From NCBI GenBank assembly GCA_000433535.1, contig FR892671.1, positions 159,569 to 223,568 on the forward strand: a stretch of DNA of 64,000 bases, read 5' to 3'. The DNA is from Dorea sp. CAG:317 (GTDB lineage: Bacteria; Bacillota; Clostridia; Lachnospirales; Lachnospiraceae). The notes beneath the pieces were generated by a model, which made no database searches, was not told the DNA's origin, and was given only the letters and a program-made list of their open reading frames with translations. A program made the position numbers and the translations under genes. Every line of letters begins with the position of its first letter. The first letter of the stretch is position 1. Positions 1 to 11,099 of this stretch are shown piece after piece.

Positions 1-99
1 TTTTAATTCTTTCAATTTCTTTGATTTCTATACTTTTTTCAGAATTTATAGTATACTTTCCTTAAATTATAATTCATGTTATCGAAAGGAAGTGTTACT

Positions 100-799
100 A
101 TGCAGAATACCGTTTCCTGCAAAATCGAACATCATGCCATTCTTTTCGCTCTCCTCGCTAAAGAAGCTATTTTGGAGTGCGGAGACGCCGGAAAAGAAGC
201 AATTCTCGAAGGCATGACTACATACGGTAATGAAAGAGGGGCACGCATGGCTGCCAACGCTCTGGCTCACGGTGACGAGCTGAACACTATGACAAATCAA
301 GCCTACGGAGAATGGAAACCCGACTATGACGGTCAGATGGAGTTCGGACAGTTGAGAACTCAGCCCACATTACAGACCTACATTTCAAAATGTGCTTGGT
401 GTGATGCTTGGAAAAAGCATAACCTTACAGAATACGGTAAATATTATTGTGTCAATGTTGACAACGCCGTTTACCAAGGTTTTCGATCTGATTTTGTCTG
501 CACGCCTACAACCACTTCTTTGAGTTGGGGCGGCGAACGCTGTGAATTTGACTGGGGCTATCCTTTAACCGATGAGGAGAATGAACTTCTCGCCGCAAAG
601 AAAAAAAGAGCTGGGCACTTCCTGTATGAAAGATTTTAATTACCATACTGCCCATCTGAAATATACGATTTCAAAAACACTGATTGACAAACTCGGTGAA
701 GTCGGACAAAAGATCATTGACCGGGCTTTAAAAGACTATGTAGATACATTTGGACAGGAATATCTGAATGTTCTTGATGGTGTCTATCCCGAGAACTAA
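100..799 (+). pseudogene. L-2-amino-thiazoline-4-carboxylic acid (ATC) hydrolase-family gene. The reading frame shifts +1 at an A7 run (601-607). The N-terminal part is 100..639. The C-terminal part continues in the ORF 572..799.
   Basis: The N-terminal motif EHHAILFALLAKE...GNERGARMA is typical of PF14196-like proteins. An RBS (AAGGAAG) lies 8 nt upstream of the ATG at 100. The second frame codes cleanly for 68 aa straight after the homopolymer. A joined length of about 235 aa fits the family. Confidence 0.5.
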
Positions 800-813
800 C
801 GCGGAGGATCAAT

Positions 814-2073
814 ATGAAACAGCAATCTAGCATTTCCTCATGGCTGGCAGATCATGAATTGGAACTGATACAAGCCGCCGATTATATCTTCCAACACCCG
901 GAACTCGCCTACAAAGAGGAATTATCCTCAAAATATTTAAGCAATTATCTGGAGCAGCAAGGGTTCCACATTTCCAAAGAAACCGCAGGCGTCTCCACTG
1001 CATTTACTGCAGAATGGGGACACGGAAAGCCTGTTCTCGGTTTTCTGGCAGAATATGACGCCCTTGCAGAACTCGGACATGCCTGCGGACATAATCTTCT
1101 CGGCACCGGTGTTGCGGCCGCCGCATGCGCTCTAAAAGCAGACATGGAAGCAACTGGCGCATCCGGCACCATCCGCGTCTATGGATGTCCGGCAGAAGAG
1201 ATTATGTCCGGCAAGATCGTAATGATGAAGCAAGGCGTATTTCAAGATCTGGATGTGGCAGTCACATGGCATCCCTTTGACCGAAACCGAATCAGCAATG
1301 ATATCTGGCAGTCGCAGGATATTAAAAATTATACATTCCACGGTGTCAGCGCTCACGCCTCCCGTAATCCGGAAAATGGACGCAGCGCCCTTGATGCCGC
1401 GGAACTTATGAACATCGGCGTCAATTATCTTCGGGAACACGTTCCCACGGACGTCCGCATGCATTACGCGTACATAGATAATGGACAACCCGCCAATGTA
1501 GTACCTGACCTTGCCAAAACCAATTATTTCATCCGCTCCAACAAACGTTCACGGACAGAAGACGTAAGCCAGCGGGTAGATAGCTGTGCAAAAGGTGCAG
1601 CTCTTATGACCGGAACCACCGTAGACATTGAACTTCTTGGAAGCTGCAAAGAGATGAAGGTAAATCGTGTTCTGGCAGAACTTTATTATCAGGCAATGAA
1701 AGAGATTCCAACGCCGAAATATACGAACGAAGAATTGAGTTTCGCTGCAAACATAAGCAAAGAAGCCAATCTTCCTAATAACGGAATCTATTTTACCGGA
1801 CTGGAACCTCTGGAACCGGCTCCCGTACCCATCTCCATCGGAACAGACGCCGCAGAAGTAAGCCACGCTGTTCCTCTTATCACCATCAGTGCAGCCACTA
1901 TGTGCAAGGGAACACCCCTTCACCACTGGGCTGCTGCAAAACAGGCAGGAATGAGTATCGGTCAGAAAGGCATGCTCTATGCTGCCAGATGTATGGCAGA
2001 AGGAACGAAATTATTGCTTGAGCAACCGGAAAAATTAAAAGAAGCTTGGGAATTTCACAAGACAACAGGCTAA
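814..2073 (+). CDS. M20-family amidohydrolase/peptidase (AbgB or hippurate-hydrolase-like)
   Basis: A GGAGG RBS lies 7 nt upstream. The motifs GHACGHN and EYDALAELGHA and the overall 419-aa length fit the M20D metal-dependent amidohydrolase fold. Confidence 0.8.
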   Translation: MKQQSSISSWLADHELELIQAADYIFQHPELAYKEELSSKYLSNYLEQQGFHISKETAGVSTAFTAEWGHGKPVLGFLAEYDALAELGHACGHNLLGTGVAAAACALKADMEATGASGTIRVYGCPAEEIMSGKIVMMKQGVFQDLDVAVTWHPFDRNRISNDIWQSQDIKNYTFHGVSAHASRNPENGRSALDAAELMNIGVNYLREHVPTDVRMHYAYIDNGQPANVVPDLAKTNYFIRSNKRSRTEDVSQRVDSCAKGAALMTGTTVDIELLGSCKEMKVNRVLAELYYQAMKEIPTPKYTNEELSFAANISKEANLPNNGIYFTGLEPLEPAPVPISIGTDAAEVSHAVPLITISAATMCKGTPLHHWAAAKQAGMSIGQKGMLYAARCMAEGTKLLLEQPEKLKEAWEFHKTTG

Positions 2074-2087
2074 GGAGGTATTTAATT

Positions 2088-2885
2088 ATGATAAATAAAA
2101 AAATTGGATTCATTGGATGTGGAAATATGGGCGGCGCCATCCTTTACGGCGCTCTGGAAAGTGGAGTTCTCGACAAAGGAAACGCATATGTTTACGATAT
2201 CAATCCTGCCATGATGAAAAAGGCAGAGGAATGGGGTGTTCATCTGGCAGCTGACGATGAAGATCTGTGCGCAAAAAGTGACATTATATTGTTAGCAGTA
2301 AAACCGCAAAACGCTGCCGAAGCGCTCGCCATGTGCAAGAAAGCGTTGGATGGAAAATCCATGATGTCCATCGTTGCAGGTGTCACCGTAGAACGTCTGC
2401 GTGCAATGATCGACGGAACTCCTCGCATTCTCCGCCTTCTTCCGAACACTCCGGCAATGGTATTTGAAGGCGCTTTTGCTATCTGTTCCGACAATGATTT
2501 TCTTCCGGAAGATCTGGAAATTGCCAAATCCATCTACAGTGCCATCGGAATTATCGAAATGGTGCCGGAGCACTTGATTGATGCTGCCTGTGCTTTAAAC
2601 GGAGGCGGTCCTGCTTTTGTAGCTATGTTTATTGAAGCTATGGCTGACGGTGGTGTAAAACAGGGGCTTCCAAGAGCAACCTCTTACCGCCTTGCTGCAC
2701 AGACCTGCCTTGGAACTGCAAAAATGATTTTGGAAAAGGGAATCCATCCCGGAGAATTAAAAGATATGGTAACTTCTCCCGGCGGCACAACTATTGAGGG
2801 CTGCGAAGCATTGGAACGCGGTGGCATGAGAGGCGCCGTTATCGACTGCATCAACAAAGCCGCCGAGAAATCAAAGAAATTGTAA
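2088..2885 (+). CDS. proC: Pyrroline-5-carboxylate reductase
   Basis: The N-terminal Rossmann motif GFIGCGNMGGA and the C-terminal motif TSPGGTTIEG are present. An AAGGAGG RBS is at 2071-2077. The ORF caller's upstream start at 2046 overlaps the previous gene. Confidence 0.9.
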   Translation: MINKKIGFIGCGNMGGAILYGALESGVLDKGNAYVYDINPAMMKKAEEWGVHLAADDEDLCAKSDIILLAVKPQNAAEALAMCKKALDGKSMMSIVAGVTVERLRAMIDGTPRILRLLPNTPAMVFEGAFAICSDNDFLPEDLEIAKSIYSAIGIIEMVPEHLIDAACALNGGGPAFVAMFIEAMADGGVKQGLPRATSYRLAAQTCLGTAKMILEKGIHPGELKDMVTSPGGTTIEGCEALERGGMRGAVIDCINKAAEKSKKL

Positions 2886-2894
2886 TATAAACCC

Positions 2895-2938
2895 CAAAAA
2901 AGGAACTCAACATCATGCTGAGTTCCTTCTCTTTTATC
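2895..2938. terminator. Bidirectional rho-independent terminator between proC and the V-ATPase operon
   Basis: A 9-bp stem (aggaactca / tgagttcct) has a 9-nt loop. It is flanked by an A-run upstream and a T-rich run downstream. Confidence 0.55.
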
Positions 2939-3548
2939 CCTTCATTTTCTTGATGACTTTCAGTCTGGTAAATTCTTCTCTTTCTTTCTCTTCCAACGCA
3001 TTGTTAATCGTGTATACAAGATTCGTATACATTGGAATCGTAATGTTTTTAAGGGCATTGGCACGCTTTTGTGTCTTCTTAATATTGGTAGCAAGACGGT
3101 ATGCCGCATTTTCCACTTCTGACAATTTCAATGTCAGTTCTTTCACTTCACGAAATGCTTCTCGCGCAATATCAATAGATTCGTGAGTTGTTCCAAAGGA
3201 ATATGTCAGCACATTTTTCTTGTCATCATGTTTTACATGTGGAATCTCCGTTCCCATAATACTTCTTGTCTGAATGCGAACCGAATCTTCAATCGGAACT
3301 GTAAATGCAAGTTCTTCAACTTTACTGATTCCATGTTCGATATTCGCCCTCTGAAGACATGCGTATGCTTTCGTAAATGTCGTGTCGATCTTCTCCTGTA
3401 TATCCTTGGCTTCATCGATCAACGTCATCAGCTCTTTCAGAAGAATATTCCTTTTTTTATCCATCAAATCATAGCCCTGATGCGCCAATGCAAGTGAATT
3501 CTTCGCCAGCATCAGGTTACCTTTTGTAGGAAATTCCCGCGGGTCCAT
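2934..3548 (-). CDS. ntpD: V-type ATP synthase subunit D
   Basis: It is 204 aa, charged and helical, and is the last gene of the ntp operon after the B subunit. The sequence is typical of V/A-ATPase D. Confidence 0.85.
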   Translation of the reverse strand: MDPREFPTKGNLMLAKNSLALAHQGYDLMDKKRNILLKELMTLIDEAKDIQEKIDTTFTKAYACLQRANIEHGISKVEELAFTVPIEDSVRIQTRSIMGTEIPHVKHDDKKNVLTYSFGTTHESIDIAREAFREVKELTLKLSEVENAAYRLATNIKKTQKRANALKNITIPMYTNLVYTINNALEEKEREEFTRLKVIKKMKG

Positions 3549-3570
3549 ACACTGCCTCCTTTCGCAGCCG

Positions 3571-4953
3571 CTAGTTTGCTTCGCCTTGATAGTATTTATC
3601 GATCAGTTTTGTATCAATTCTGTCTAACTCTTCCTTCGGCAGAAGTCCCAGAAGCTCCCATCCAAGATTCAATGTATCCAGAATCGTTCTATTCTCAGTT
3701 GGTCCCTGACCAATATATCTTTTCTCAAATTCTTCACCGAATTTCAGATATTTCTTATCGATCGGAGACAGTTCATCCTCACCGATAACAGAAGCAAGAT
3801 TTCTTGCCTCTCCTACTTTTGCGTAAGAAGAGAACAACTGGTTTGCCAGATCCTGATGATCTTCTCTTGTGTATCCCGCTCCGATACCGTCTTTCATAAG
3901 ACGTGACAGAGATGGTAAGATACTGATCGGCGGATACACTGCCTGCCCGTGGAGATTACGGTCCAATACAATCTGCCCCTCTGTAATATATCCGGTAAGG
4001 TCCGGGATCGGATGTGTAATATCATCGTTTGGCATCGTCAGAATCGGAAGCTGTGTCACAGATCCGGTTGAATCTTCTACAATACCCGCACGCTCATAAA
4101 TCGTTGCAAGCTCACTGTACAAGTAGCCCGGATATCCTTTTCTTGACGGAATCTCTCCTCTGGAAGACGAAACTTCACGCATCGCCTCCGCAAAAGAAGT
4201 CATATCTGTCAAAATAACCAAAATGTGCATATTGCATTCAAACGCAAGATATTCCGCAACTGTCAATGCAACCTTTGGTGTGATCAGACGCTCTACCACC
4301 GGATCATTTGCCAGATTTAAGAACATACACACGTGATCGGATACTCCGCTTTCCTCAAATGTTTTCTGGAAGAACTCTGCCACGTCATGCTTTACACCCA
4401 TTGCACCGAACACAACTGCGAATTCTCCTTCCGCGTCATCCCCCAGCGAAGCCTGCTTAACAATCTGGGCAGCCAGCTGATCATGCGGAAGTCCATTTCC
4501 GGAAAAGATCGGAAGCTTCTGACCACGAATCAAAGTGGTCAAACCATCAATCGCAGAAATACCTGTGCGAATGTAGTTTCTTGGATATTCACGTTTTACA
4601 GGATTCAAAGGGAGTCCATTAACATCACGCTTATCCGCTGCATTTAGCGGGCCGAGATGGTCGATCGGACGGCCGATTCCATCAAATGTACGTCCCAGCA
4701 TATCCGGTGACACGGACACTTCCATCGGATGTCCGGTAAGCTTCGTATGTGTGTTGACAAGAGACATGTTGTCTGTTCCTTCAAACACCTGAATGATTGC
4801 TTTATCTTCATTCAACTCTACGATACGCCCCATCTTGCGGATATTTCCATCTACAACAAATTCTACAATTTCATCAAAAAACGCATCCTGTACGCCTTCC
4901 AGCGCAACCAGAGGACCGTTAATATTACTTAAGCCAAGATATTCAATTGCCAT
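3571..4953 (-). CDS. ntpB: V-type ATP synthase subunit B
   Basis: It is 460 aa. The non-catalytic nucleotide-binding fold is present (MAIEYLGLS...GRIVEL...). It follows the A subunit. Confidence 0.95.
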   Translation of the reverse strand: MAIEYLGLSNINGPLVALEGVQDAFFDEIVEFVVDGNIRKMGRIVELNEDKAIIQVFEGTDNMSLVNTHTKLTGHPMEVSVSPDMLGRTFDGIGRPIDHLGPLNAADKRDVNGLPLNPVKREYPRNYIRTGISAIDGLTTLIRGQKLPIFSGNGLPHDQLAAQIVKQASLGDDAEGEFAVVFGAMGVKHDVAEFFQKTFEESGVSDHVCMFLNLANDPVVERLITPKVALTVAEYLAFECNMHILVILTDMTSFAEAMREVSSSRGEIPSRKGYPGYLYSELATIYERAGIVEDSTGSVTQLPILTMPNDDITHPIPDLTGYITEGQIVLDRNLHGQAVYPPISILPSLSRLMKDGIGAGYTREDHQDLANQLFSSYAKVGEARNLASVIGEDELSPIDKKYLKFGEEFEKRYIGQGPTENRTILDTLNLGWELLGLLPKEELDRIDTKLIDKYYQGEAN

Positions 4954-4967
4954 AATCAGTCCCTCCT

Positions 4968-6740
4968 TTACGCGTTTTTCTCGATGACTCTGTTATAGAA
5001 TTCATCGATTTGCAATTTATACATATCCAACATCTGCAGATTATCATTTGGCACATCATATTTAATCGCGATCACTTTATCGAAGATTCCCTCTGCCTTC
5101 AGTACAGACATCGGCATTCCCATAGCAACCAGCTTTCTGCTGGTTTTATACAGATACAGGATCACATCCATCATTTTAAACTGCTTCTCCATTGATACAC
5201 AAGTATCATCCTTATGGAATGCGTTCTGCTGCAAAAATCCAAGACGAATGACTCTGGCAATCTCAAGGATCAGCTTCTGATCATCAGGGAGTACGTCTCC
5301 GCCGATCAGTTTTACAATTTCCATAAGACTGCTCTCCTGATTGAGAAGTGACATCAGACGGTTTCTGTAATCGACGAATTTCGGCGATACATTTTCAAAA
5401 TACCATCCGCTCAGGTCGTTTAAATATTCGCTGTAACTGGACAGCCAATGAATTGCCGGGAAATGTCTTGCATAGGCAAGGGATTTATCAAGTCCCCAGA
5501 AACATCGCACAAAACGTTTCGTATTCTGTGTGACCGGCTCCGAGAAGTCACCGCCCTGAGGAGATACTGCTCCGATAATGGACACCGAACCGGTTGCCCC
5601 GTTCAGCGTCTGCATCATTCCCGCGCGCTCATAGAACGCAGACAGTCTGGATGCCAGATACGCCGGGAATCCTTCTTCTGCCGGCATCTCTTCCAGACGT
5701 CCTGACAGCTCACGCAGAGCCTCTGCCCAACGGGAAGTAGAGTCTGCCATAATCGCCACATCATAGCCCATGTCCCGGTAATACTCCGCCAATGTAAGCC
5801 CTGTATAAATAGAAGCTTCACGGGCTGCCACCGGCATATTGGATGTATTGGCGATCAATGTCGTACGGTCCATCAGAGGATTGCCGCTCTTTGGGTCGAT
5901 CAACTCTGAAAATTCTTCCAGAACCTGTGTCATCTCATTTCCACGCTCTCCGCAGCCGATATAAATGATAATATCCGCATCGGACCATTTTGCGATCTGA
6001 TGCTGCGTCATCGTCTTACCTGTTCCGAAACCACCCGGAATTGCTGCTGTTCCTCCCTTTGCGATTGGGAACATTGTATCCAGAATACGCTGACCTGTAA
6101 TCAAAGGCACACTTGCCGGATATCTCTTATGCACCGGTCTTGGCACACGGATCGGCCATTTCTGCGTCATCGTCAGCTCTTTCTTTCCACCATCTGTCAA
6201 TTCGATTGTCACAAGCACGTCATCAATTGTATATTGTCCATCTTCCACAACGGATACGACTACACCATCTACGTTCGGAGGCACCATACATTTGTGTACG
6301 ATCGCGCGAGTCTCCGGTACTTCTGCAATGATCGTTCCTCCGTGAACTGTATCACCGACTGCAACGGTGATATGAGTATCCCACAATCTGGTGCGGTCCA
6401 GAAAATCTACGTTAGCGCCACGGGTGATAAAAGAACCGCCGGTATCTGCGATCCGCTCCAGCGGTCTTTCAATACCGTCAAAAATGTTGTCAAGAATTCC
6501 GGGAGCCAGCGTGACTGACACTGCATCACCGGAAGATACCACTTCCTCGCCCGGACGAAGTCCTGATGTCTCTTCATACACCTGAATCGTTGTCAGATCT
6601 TTATCGAGAGAAATAACTTCTCCAACCAGACGTTCCTTCCCGACATATACCATTTCTGACATTTTAAACTCATATTTTCCTTTTAAATAGATAACGGGAC
6701 CATTGATGCCGTAGATCTTTCCTGTCTTTACACTATCCAA
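4968..6740 (-). CDS. ntpA: V-type ATP synthase catalytic subunit A
   Basis: A Walker A motif GGFGTGKT is present. The likely TTG start at 6740 has an AGGGAGG RBS 8 nt upstream. The longer ORF to 6791 includes that RBS. The stop of the E-subunit gene abuts. Confidence 0.95.
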   Translation of the reverse strand: MDSVKTGKIYGINGPVIYLKGKYEFKMSEMVYVGKERLVGEVISLDKDLTTIQVYEETSGLRPGEEVVSSGDAVSVTLAPGILDNIFDGIERPLERIADTGGSFITRGANVDFLDRTRLWDTHITVAVGDTVHGGTIIAEVPETRAIVHKCMVPPNVDGVVVSVVEDGQYTIDDVLVTIELTDGGKKELTMTQKWPIRVPRPVHKRYPASVPLITGQRILDTMFPIAKGGTAAIPGGFGTGKTMTQHQIAKWSDADIIIYIGCGERGNEMTQVLEEFSELIDPKSGNPLMDRTTLIANTSNMPVAAREASIYTGLTLAEYYRDMGYDVAIMADSTSRWAEALRELSGRLEEMPAEEGFPAYLASRLSAFYERAGMMQTLNGATGSVSIIGAVSPQGGDFSEPVTQNTKRFVRCFWGLDKSLAYARHFPAIHWLSSYSEYLNDLSGWYFENVSPKFVDYRNRLMSLLNQESSLMEIVKLIGGDVLPDDQKLILEIARVIRLGFLQQNAFHKDDTCVSMEKQFKMMDVILYLYKTSRKLVAMGMPMSVLKAEGIFDKVIAIKYDVPNDNLQMLDMYKLQIDEFYNRVIEKNA

Positions 6741-7329
6741 TTCCCGCACCTCCCTTGAACAAGAAATTATGGTACTCATTTTCCAGCGCACCCTTATAGG
6801 CGTGATCGATCAGTATATTCTTCTCATGGATCACTGCCCGGATACCACCGACAAAATCTTCTGTGCTGATTGTAAGCTTCATACCTGTATCCTTTTCCAG
6901 ATACTCTTTTTTATCTGCGTCCGTCTGATTAATATAAATCGTCATCTCTTCCCCGTCCGCAAATCTTGCAGCCTTCTCAATATATTTTTCAAGAAGTTCA
7001 AGATATTCTTCTGTTTTCATAAAATTCTGAAGCTCTTCTTCCACTTCTGCAAACAGAGCTTTTTTCAAAAGCTTATGCTTCTTCCCTGCTTCCCGCTTCA
7101 TTTCAAGCTGCGCTTTGGACACTGCCATATTCAGCTGCTGGCGGGTACTTACAGTCTCAGACTTGATACGAAGCTCAGACTGATGCTTTCTTTCTAATTT
7201 ATGCTGTTCAAACACTCCGCGCAGTGCATCCTCATGGCGTTTCATAATGGCATTTTCCTCTGCCCTTGCTTCTTCCATAGCTGCTACGCGCAAATGTAAG
7301 ATTTTCTCTTCTAAGGTCAAAAATGTCAC
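6733..7329 (-). CDS. ntpE: V-type ATP synthase subunit E
   Basis: It is about 195 aa, charged and helical, and sits in the operon. The ORF start is GTG. A TTG three codons downstream has a better RBS (AGAGGTG plus 6 nt). Confidence 0.75.
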   Translation of the reverse strand: MTFLTLEEKILHLRVAAMEEARAEENAIMKRHEDALRGVFEQHKLERKHQSELRIKSETVSTRQQLNMAVSKAQLEMKREAGKKHKLLKKALFAEVEEELQNFMKTEEYLELLEKYIEKAARFADGEEMTIYINQTDADKKEYLEKDTGMKLTISTEDFVGGIRAVIHEKNILIDHAYKGALENEYHNFLFKGGAGIG

Positions 7330-7336
7330 CTCTTCT

Positions 7337-7645
7337 CTACAGTTTCAAACCAATTGCCTCATTTACATAAGATGTGATAAAGTCTTTTCTACGTCCGGTT
7401 CCGTGTCTGTCAGGAATCTCAATCAATAGCGGCATGGTACGTTCCATACGAATCTCATTGATCAGATCCGGGAACTCCCGCCCGAACTTCTCTGTGAGCA
7501 GGATCACCCCTACCTCTTTATCGTCCATGGCAGTTTCGATGGCAGTACGAAGTGCTCCTCTTTCATGCACTACAATACCGTCCACACCTGCCAGCCGCAT
7601 TCCTGTCAGCGTATCCACATTATCACTGATCAGATACATCTTCAT
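7337..7645 (-). CDS. ntpF: V-type ATP synthase subunit F
   Basis: It is 102 aa with a VatF-like fold and follows the K subunit in the operon. Confidence 0.8.
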   Translation of the reverse strand: MKMYLISDNVDTLTGMRLAGVDGIVVHERGALRTAIETAMDDKEVGVILLTEKFGREFPDLINEIRMERTMPLLIEIPDRHGTGRRKDFITSYVNEAIGLKL

Positions 7646-7646
7646 C

Positions 7647-8081
7647 TTACAATTTACCTAAGATCATGAAGGAGATGATCAGTCCGTACAGACATACACC
7701 TTCTGCAAGACCTACGAAGATCAGTGATTTACCAAGCGCACTGGAATCCTCACTGATTGCACCAAGCGCTGCTGATGCGGCACTTGCTACGGCAATACCA
7801 CCGCCCACACAAGATAAACCGGTTGAAAGTGCTGCGGCAAGGTAACCAAATCCGGTTGCGTTAGATGCTGCTGTTCCTGCTGCCTCTGCTGCATGAACCG
7901 GATCTCCACTAAACATCATAATACCGGCAATCACAAATGCACTGAAATAAAAGAACGCATTTGCTCCGATCGCTCTTTTGTAACGCTTCTTTGTTTTCTC
8001 TCCAAGAAGAAAATAACCGAATGGAATCACAATGCCAAGTACAAGGGCTCCGATAAGTAATAATTTTACTGCTAATGTCAT
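7647..8081 (-). CDS. ntpK: V-type ATP synthase proteolipid subunit K (c-ring)
   Basis: It is 144 aa with two predicted TM hairpins and glycine-rich GxGxGxG helices. Confidence 0.9.
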   Translation of the reverse strand: MTLAVKLLLIGALVLGIVIPFGYFLLGEKTKKRYKRAIGANAFFYFSAFVIAGIMMFSGDPVHAAEAAGTAASNATGFGYLAAALSTGLSCVGGGIAVASAASAALGAISEDSSALGKSLIFVGLAEGVCLYGLIISFMILGKL

Positions 8082-8111
8082 GATTTTATATCCTCCTTAA
8101 TCTATGCAATA

Positions 8112-10052
8112 TTATTGTATTTTTCTATGTTCGTTAAATGGTTTGAATTCTCTTCCGCTTCCCTTATAGAATCGGCTGAACATCTCATAATATTCAAGTC
8201 TCAATACCTGAATTCCGACAACCAGTCCTTCCAGCAGACATACGAAAATATTTCCTCCGATAACGCCTAACCAGTTCGGGCTTCCGGTTTCCGCTCCCGA
8301 TAACATAAGCACCACTTCCATCATGGCAGCATGGCTCACTGCAAATGCACCGATACGTACATAGGACAGTGTGTTTGAGAAATAACTGAGCAGCGTCTCG
8401 AACAGTTCAAAGAATCCCTGCACAAAGAACATTCCTTTTCCGCCTTCAATCTTTTTATGATTGTGCTTTACAAGATTGCCAAGAGGCTCTTTAAACACAA
8501 ACATCAGGATTGGAATTCCAAGGAACAGCGCCATCATAATATTGCCCGGCACTTTATGCCCTGTCATATACAGTACAATTGTTACCACTAAGAATCCATA
8601 AAACACAAGTCCGGCAACTCCGTTGTGCGAGAACCATAATTCTTCTTTGTCCCCGGACTTTATGGAATTGATGATCTGGAAGATCATCACAAGAATATTC
8701 AGTCCCATACCAAAAGCAACCGCCACAATGAATACTGTGTTAAGCTGACCGATAAACGGAAGATTTGTCATAGCTTCCGCAGGCCGCAGCCAGATAGGCT
8801 CTATGATATCTTCAAATCCGAATATACTTCCGAACATAAATCCGAAAAACATAGAAAAAAGTCCAGCCACAGATATGATTCCTGCAAGGTTCATTTTCTT
8901 CGTCAGATACAAAATTCCGCCGATCACAAACAGACAGAATCCCTGCCCTACATCGCCAAACATGGCGCCGAAGATAAAGGTATAAGTAAGCGCCACAAAA
9001 ATGGTCGGGTCCATCTCATTCGCCGAAGGAAGTCCATACATTCTGATAAACATTTCAAATGGTTTGAAAAACTTCGGATTTTTGAGCTTGGTCGGGGGAT
9101 CACCGAAATATTTCTCCCTGTCTTCCTCAACGACAATAAAGATGCGGTCATCGTTCTTCGTCTCTTCGAGGAACTTCTTCACATCATCTTCACCCATCCA
9201 TCCGCACAAAATATAGTAGTCTTCTCTGGTATCAGCTTCCTCAATTCTTGCCGCCATCTTTCTTACGTCAAAAATATTAGAAAGCTCTTCCAGCCGCTTC
9301 TGTGCGCCTAAGATTTTCGCTGCGTAGCGATTCATAAGCTGGTCCACTTCTTGTTCCAGACCTTCAATCTCTTTGTGTGTACTTTCCATCTGATTTTTCA
9401 GATCCTCACAAGCCTGTGCCGGAGTTCCGACCGCCTCCGTCGGGAGATTGATTCTCTCAAAATGAAGCGAGTTAAATACAGAATCTACTTTACTTGCTTC
9501 CGCATTAGAAACAAAATAGCTTCCATATACATAATTTTCATTTCTTATACCTTCAATAAAGACCGCATTCAAGTCTTCAAACAGGTATTTTTCTAATCGG
9601 CGGTAATAATCTACTGCAACCCGCCCAAAACGTACTTTCATGTAACGATAATGTGTTACTTTGTTCAAATCTACCTCTAACGGACAAAATGGTTCCAACA
9701 CATTGAGTCGATTCTTTAAGTCTTCTTCTTTTTTCTTAAGAAGCTCCTTCTTGTCCTGCAGGTTCAAATATTCATGATTGATCTCTCGAATCATGTCCAT
9801 CATCTCAGTTTCCGTCATTACGGAATCCGCATGAACCTTCTCATTCTTAATAAGAGCTGCGAACTGCTCTGCCTTGGCGAGAGGCTCCCGATACGGATTC
9901 ACCTCCACGAAAGGCTGTAAGTTATCTGTCGTCTTTAACTCTGCCACCGCATTTTCAAGCTGCATCTCATATTTTGACAGATACTTATCGCAGACACGGT
10001 CGATATCAACCTTCGGTCCGCTGATGCTCAAAAATTTCATCTTTACAATCAT
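8112..10052 (-). CDS. ntpI: V-type ATP synthase subunit I (a-subunit)
   Basis: A long coiled-coil N-terminal half is followed by a polytopic membrane C-terminal half. The start is MIVKMKF, with a GGGAGG RBS 9 nt upstream. There is an ATGA overlap with the ntpC stop. Confidence 0.9.
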   Translation of the reverse strand: MIVKMKFLSISGPKVDIDRVCDKYLSKYEMQLENAVAELKTTDNLQPFVEVNPYREPLAKAEQFAALIKNEKVHADSVMTETEMMDMIREINHEYLNLQDKKELLKKKEEDLKNRLNVLEPFCPLEVDLNKVTHYRYMKVRFGRVAVDYYRRLEKYLFEDLNAVFIEGIRNENYVYGSYFVSNAEASKVDSVFNSLHFERINLPTEAVGTPAQACEDLKNQMESTHKEIEGLEQEVDQLMNRYAAKILGAQKRLEELSNIFDVRKMAARIEEADTREDYYILCGWMGEDDVKKFLEETKNDDRIFIVVEEDREKYFGDPPTKLKNPKFFKPFEMFIRMYGLPSANEMDPTIFVALTYTFIFGAMFGDVGQGFCLFVIGGILYLTKKMNLAGIISVAGLFSMFFGFMFGSIFGFEDIIEPIWLRPAEAMTNLPFIGQLNTVFIVAVAFGMGLNILVMIFQIINSIKSGDKEELWFSHNGVAGLVFYGFLVVTIVLYMTGHKVPGNIMMALFLGIPILMFVFKEPLGNLVKHNHKKIEGGKGMFFVQGFFELFETLLSYFSNTLSYVRIGAFAVSHAAMMEVVLMLSGAETGSPNWLGVIGGNIFVCLLEGLVVGIQVLRLEYYEMFSRFYKGSGREFKPFNEHRKIQ

Positions 10053-11095
10053 TACCCTATACCTCCCAAGTATCCTAGCGTTTCTCTTGAAGTCAGACCA
10101 TAGCGGATACACTCAAGAGCTGTTGTCAGCTTATAGATCTCTTCTTCTTTTAAAAACAGATAAGTGCTGATCGTTGCTATGGAATACGGATTCCGGCGCC
10201 TGTCTCTAAGATACAGATCTCTGAGACAATCTTTGTAAAATTGCTCCAGTGTCTTGGCACCGGTATAACGATATCTCTTTTCGTAATAAGATTCCCGAAG
10301 CTTCGCTTCAAATTGTTCCACACTGGGCGCTTCCACAAGCGCTTTGAACTCTTCAATATTCAGTCGATAATGAACCGGTATCGTCAGAGAATAGATATCC
10401 GGCGGAAGAAGATGATAATACTTCTTCGCCCGGTAAATCCACTGAATATTCAGAAGATCAATCTTCGTTCCATAATCACGTTTAAAGATCTCCAGCTCCT
10501 GCTTCTTCAGATTTCTCCTCTGTTTGCTCCACAGCGCCTGAAAATAATACAGATCCAACGCCAGATCATAATCAAACAGGGATGCATTCCCCGATTCCTT
10601 CAACTTATTAAGCGGTTCATAATACTCTGTATCCTTCAAATTATCCACCAGCTCCTCCACCGTTGTGGATGTGATCAGCTTATCAATGGACAACTGCGAA
10701 TACCTGTCAAAAAATTCCTTTTTATAATCAAGGTCAAATGGCCTGTCATAGTGATTAAACACGATTCTCAGGCAGTAATTAATGAGATCCACCTCATAGC
10801 GTTTCCAATAGATTTTCAGGAATTTCTTCTGTTCCATGCCCGCAAACCGGAACATTTTTGCCCAATCATCGTATAGTGATTGATACAGTACTTTCTCCAC
10901 ATGGCTTCGGTGATAAAGAGACGGATCCAGCCGGTTCATATATTCTGCATAGGCCGGTTTCCCTTTTAAATATTCAATAGCCTGAGGCACATTGGGAAGA
11001 GCTGCGATATTTTTATAATCCTGATCTGTCAAAAGCTTCGCCTGCATCGCGCGAACCTTTGTGACGATCCCACTGTAAGTCATAACATTTCCCAT
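10052..11095 (-). CDS. ntpC: V-type ATP synthase subunit C (d-subunit)
   Basis: It is a 347-aa helical protein between the G and I subunits. Confidence 0.8.
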   Translation of the reverse strand: MGNVMTYSGIVTKVRAMQAKLLTDQDYKNIAALPNVPQAIEYLKGKPAYAEYMNRLDPSLYHRSHVEKVLYQSLYDDWAKMFRFAGMEQKKFLKIYWKRYEVDLINYCLRIVFNHYDRPFDLDYKKEFFDRYSQLSIDKLITSTTVEELVDNLKDTEYYEPLNKLKESGNASLFDYDLALDLYYFQALWSKQRRNLKKQELEIFKRDYGTKIDLLNIQWIYRAKKYYHLLPPDIYSLTIPVHYRLNIEEFKALVEAPSVEQFEAKLRESYYEKRYRYTGAKTLEQFYKDCLRDLYLRDRRRNPYSIATISTYLFLKEEEIYKLTTALECIRYGLTSRETLGYLGGIG

Positions 11096-11099
11096 GTCT

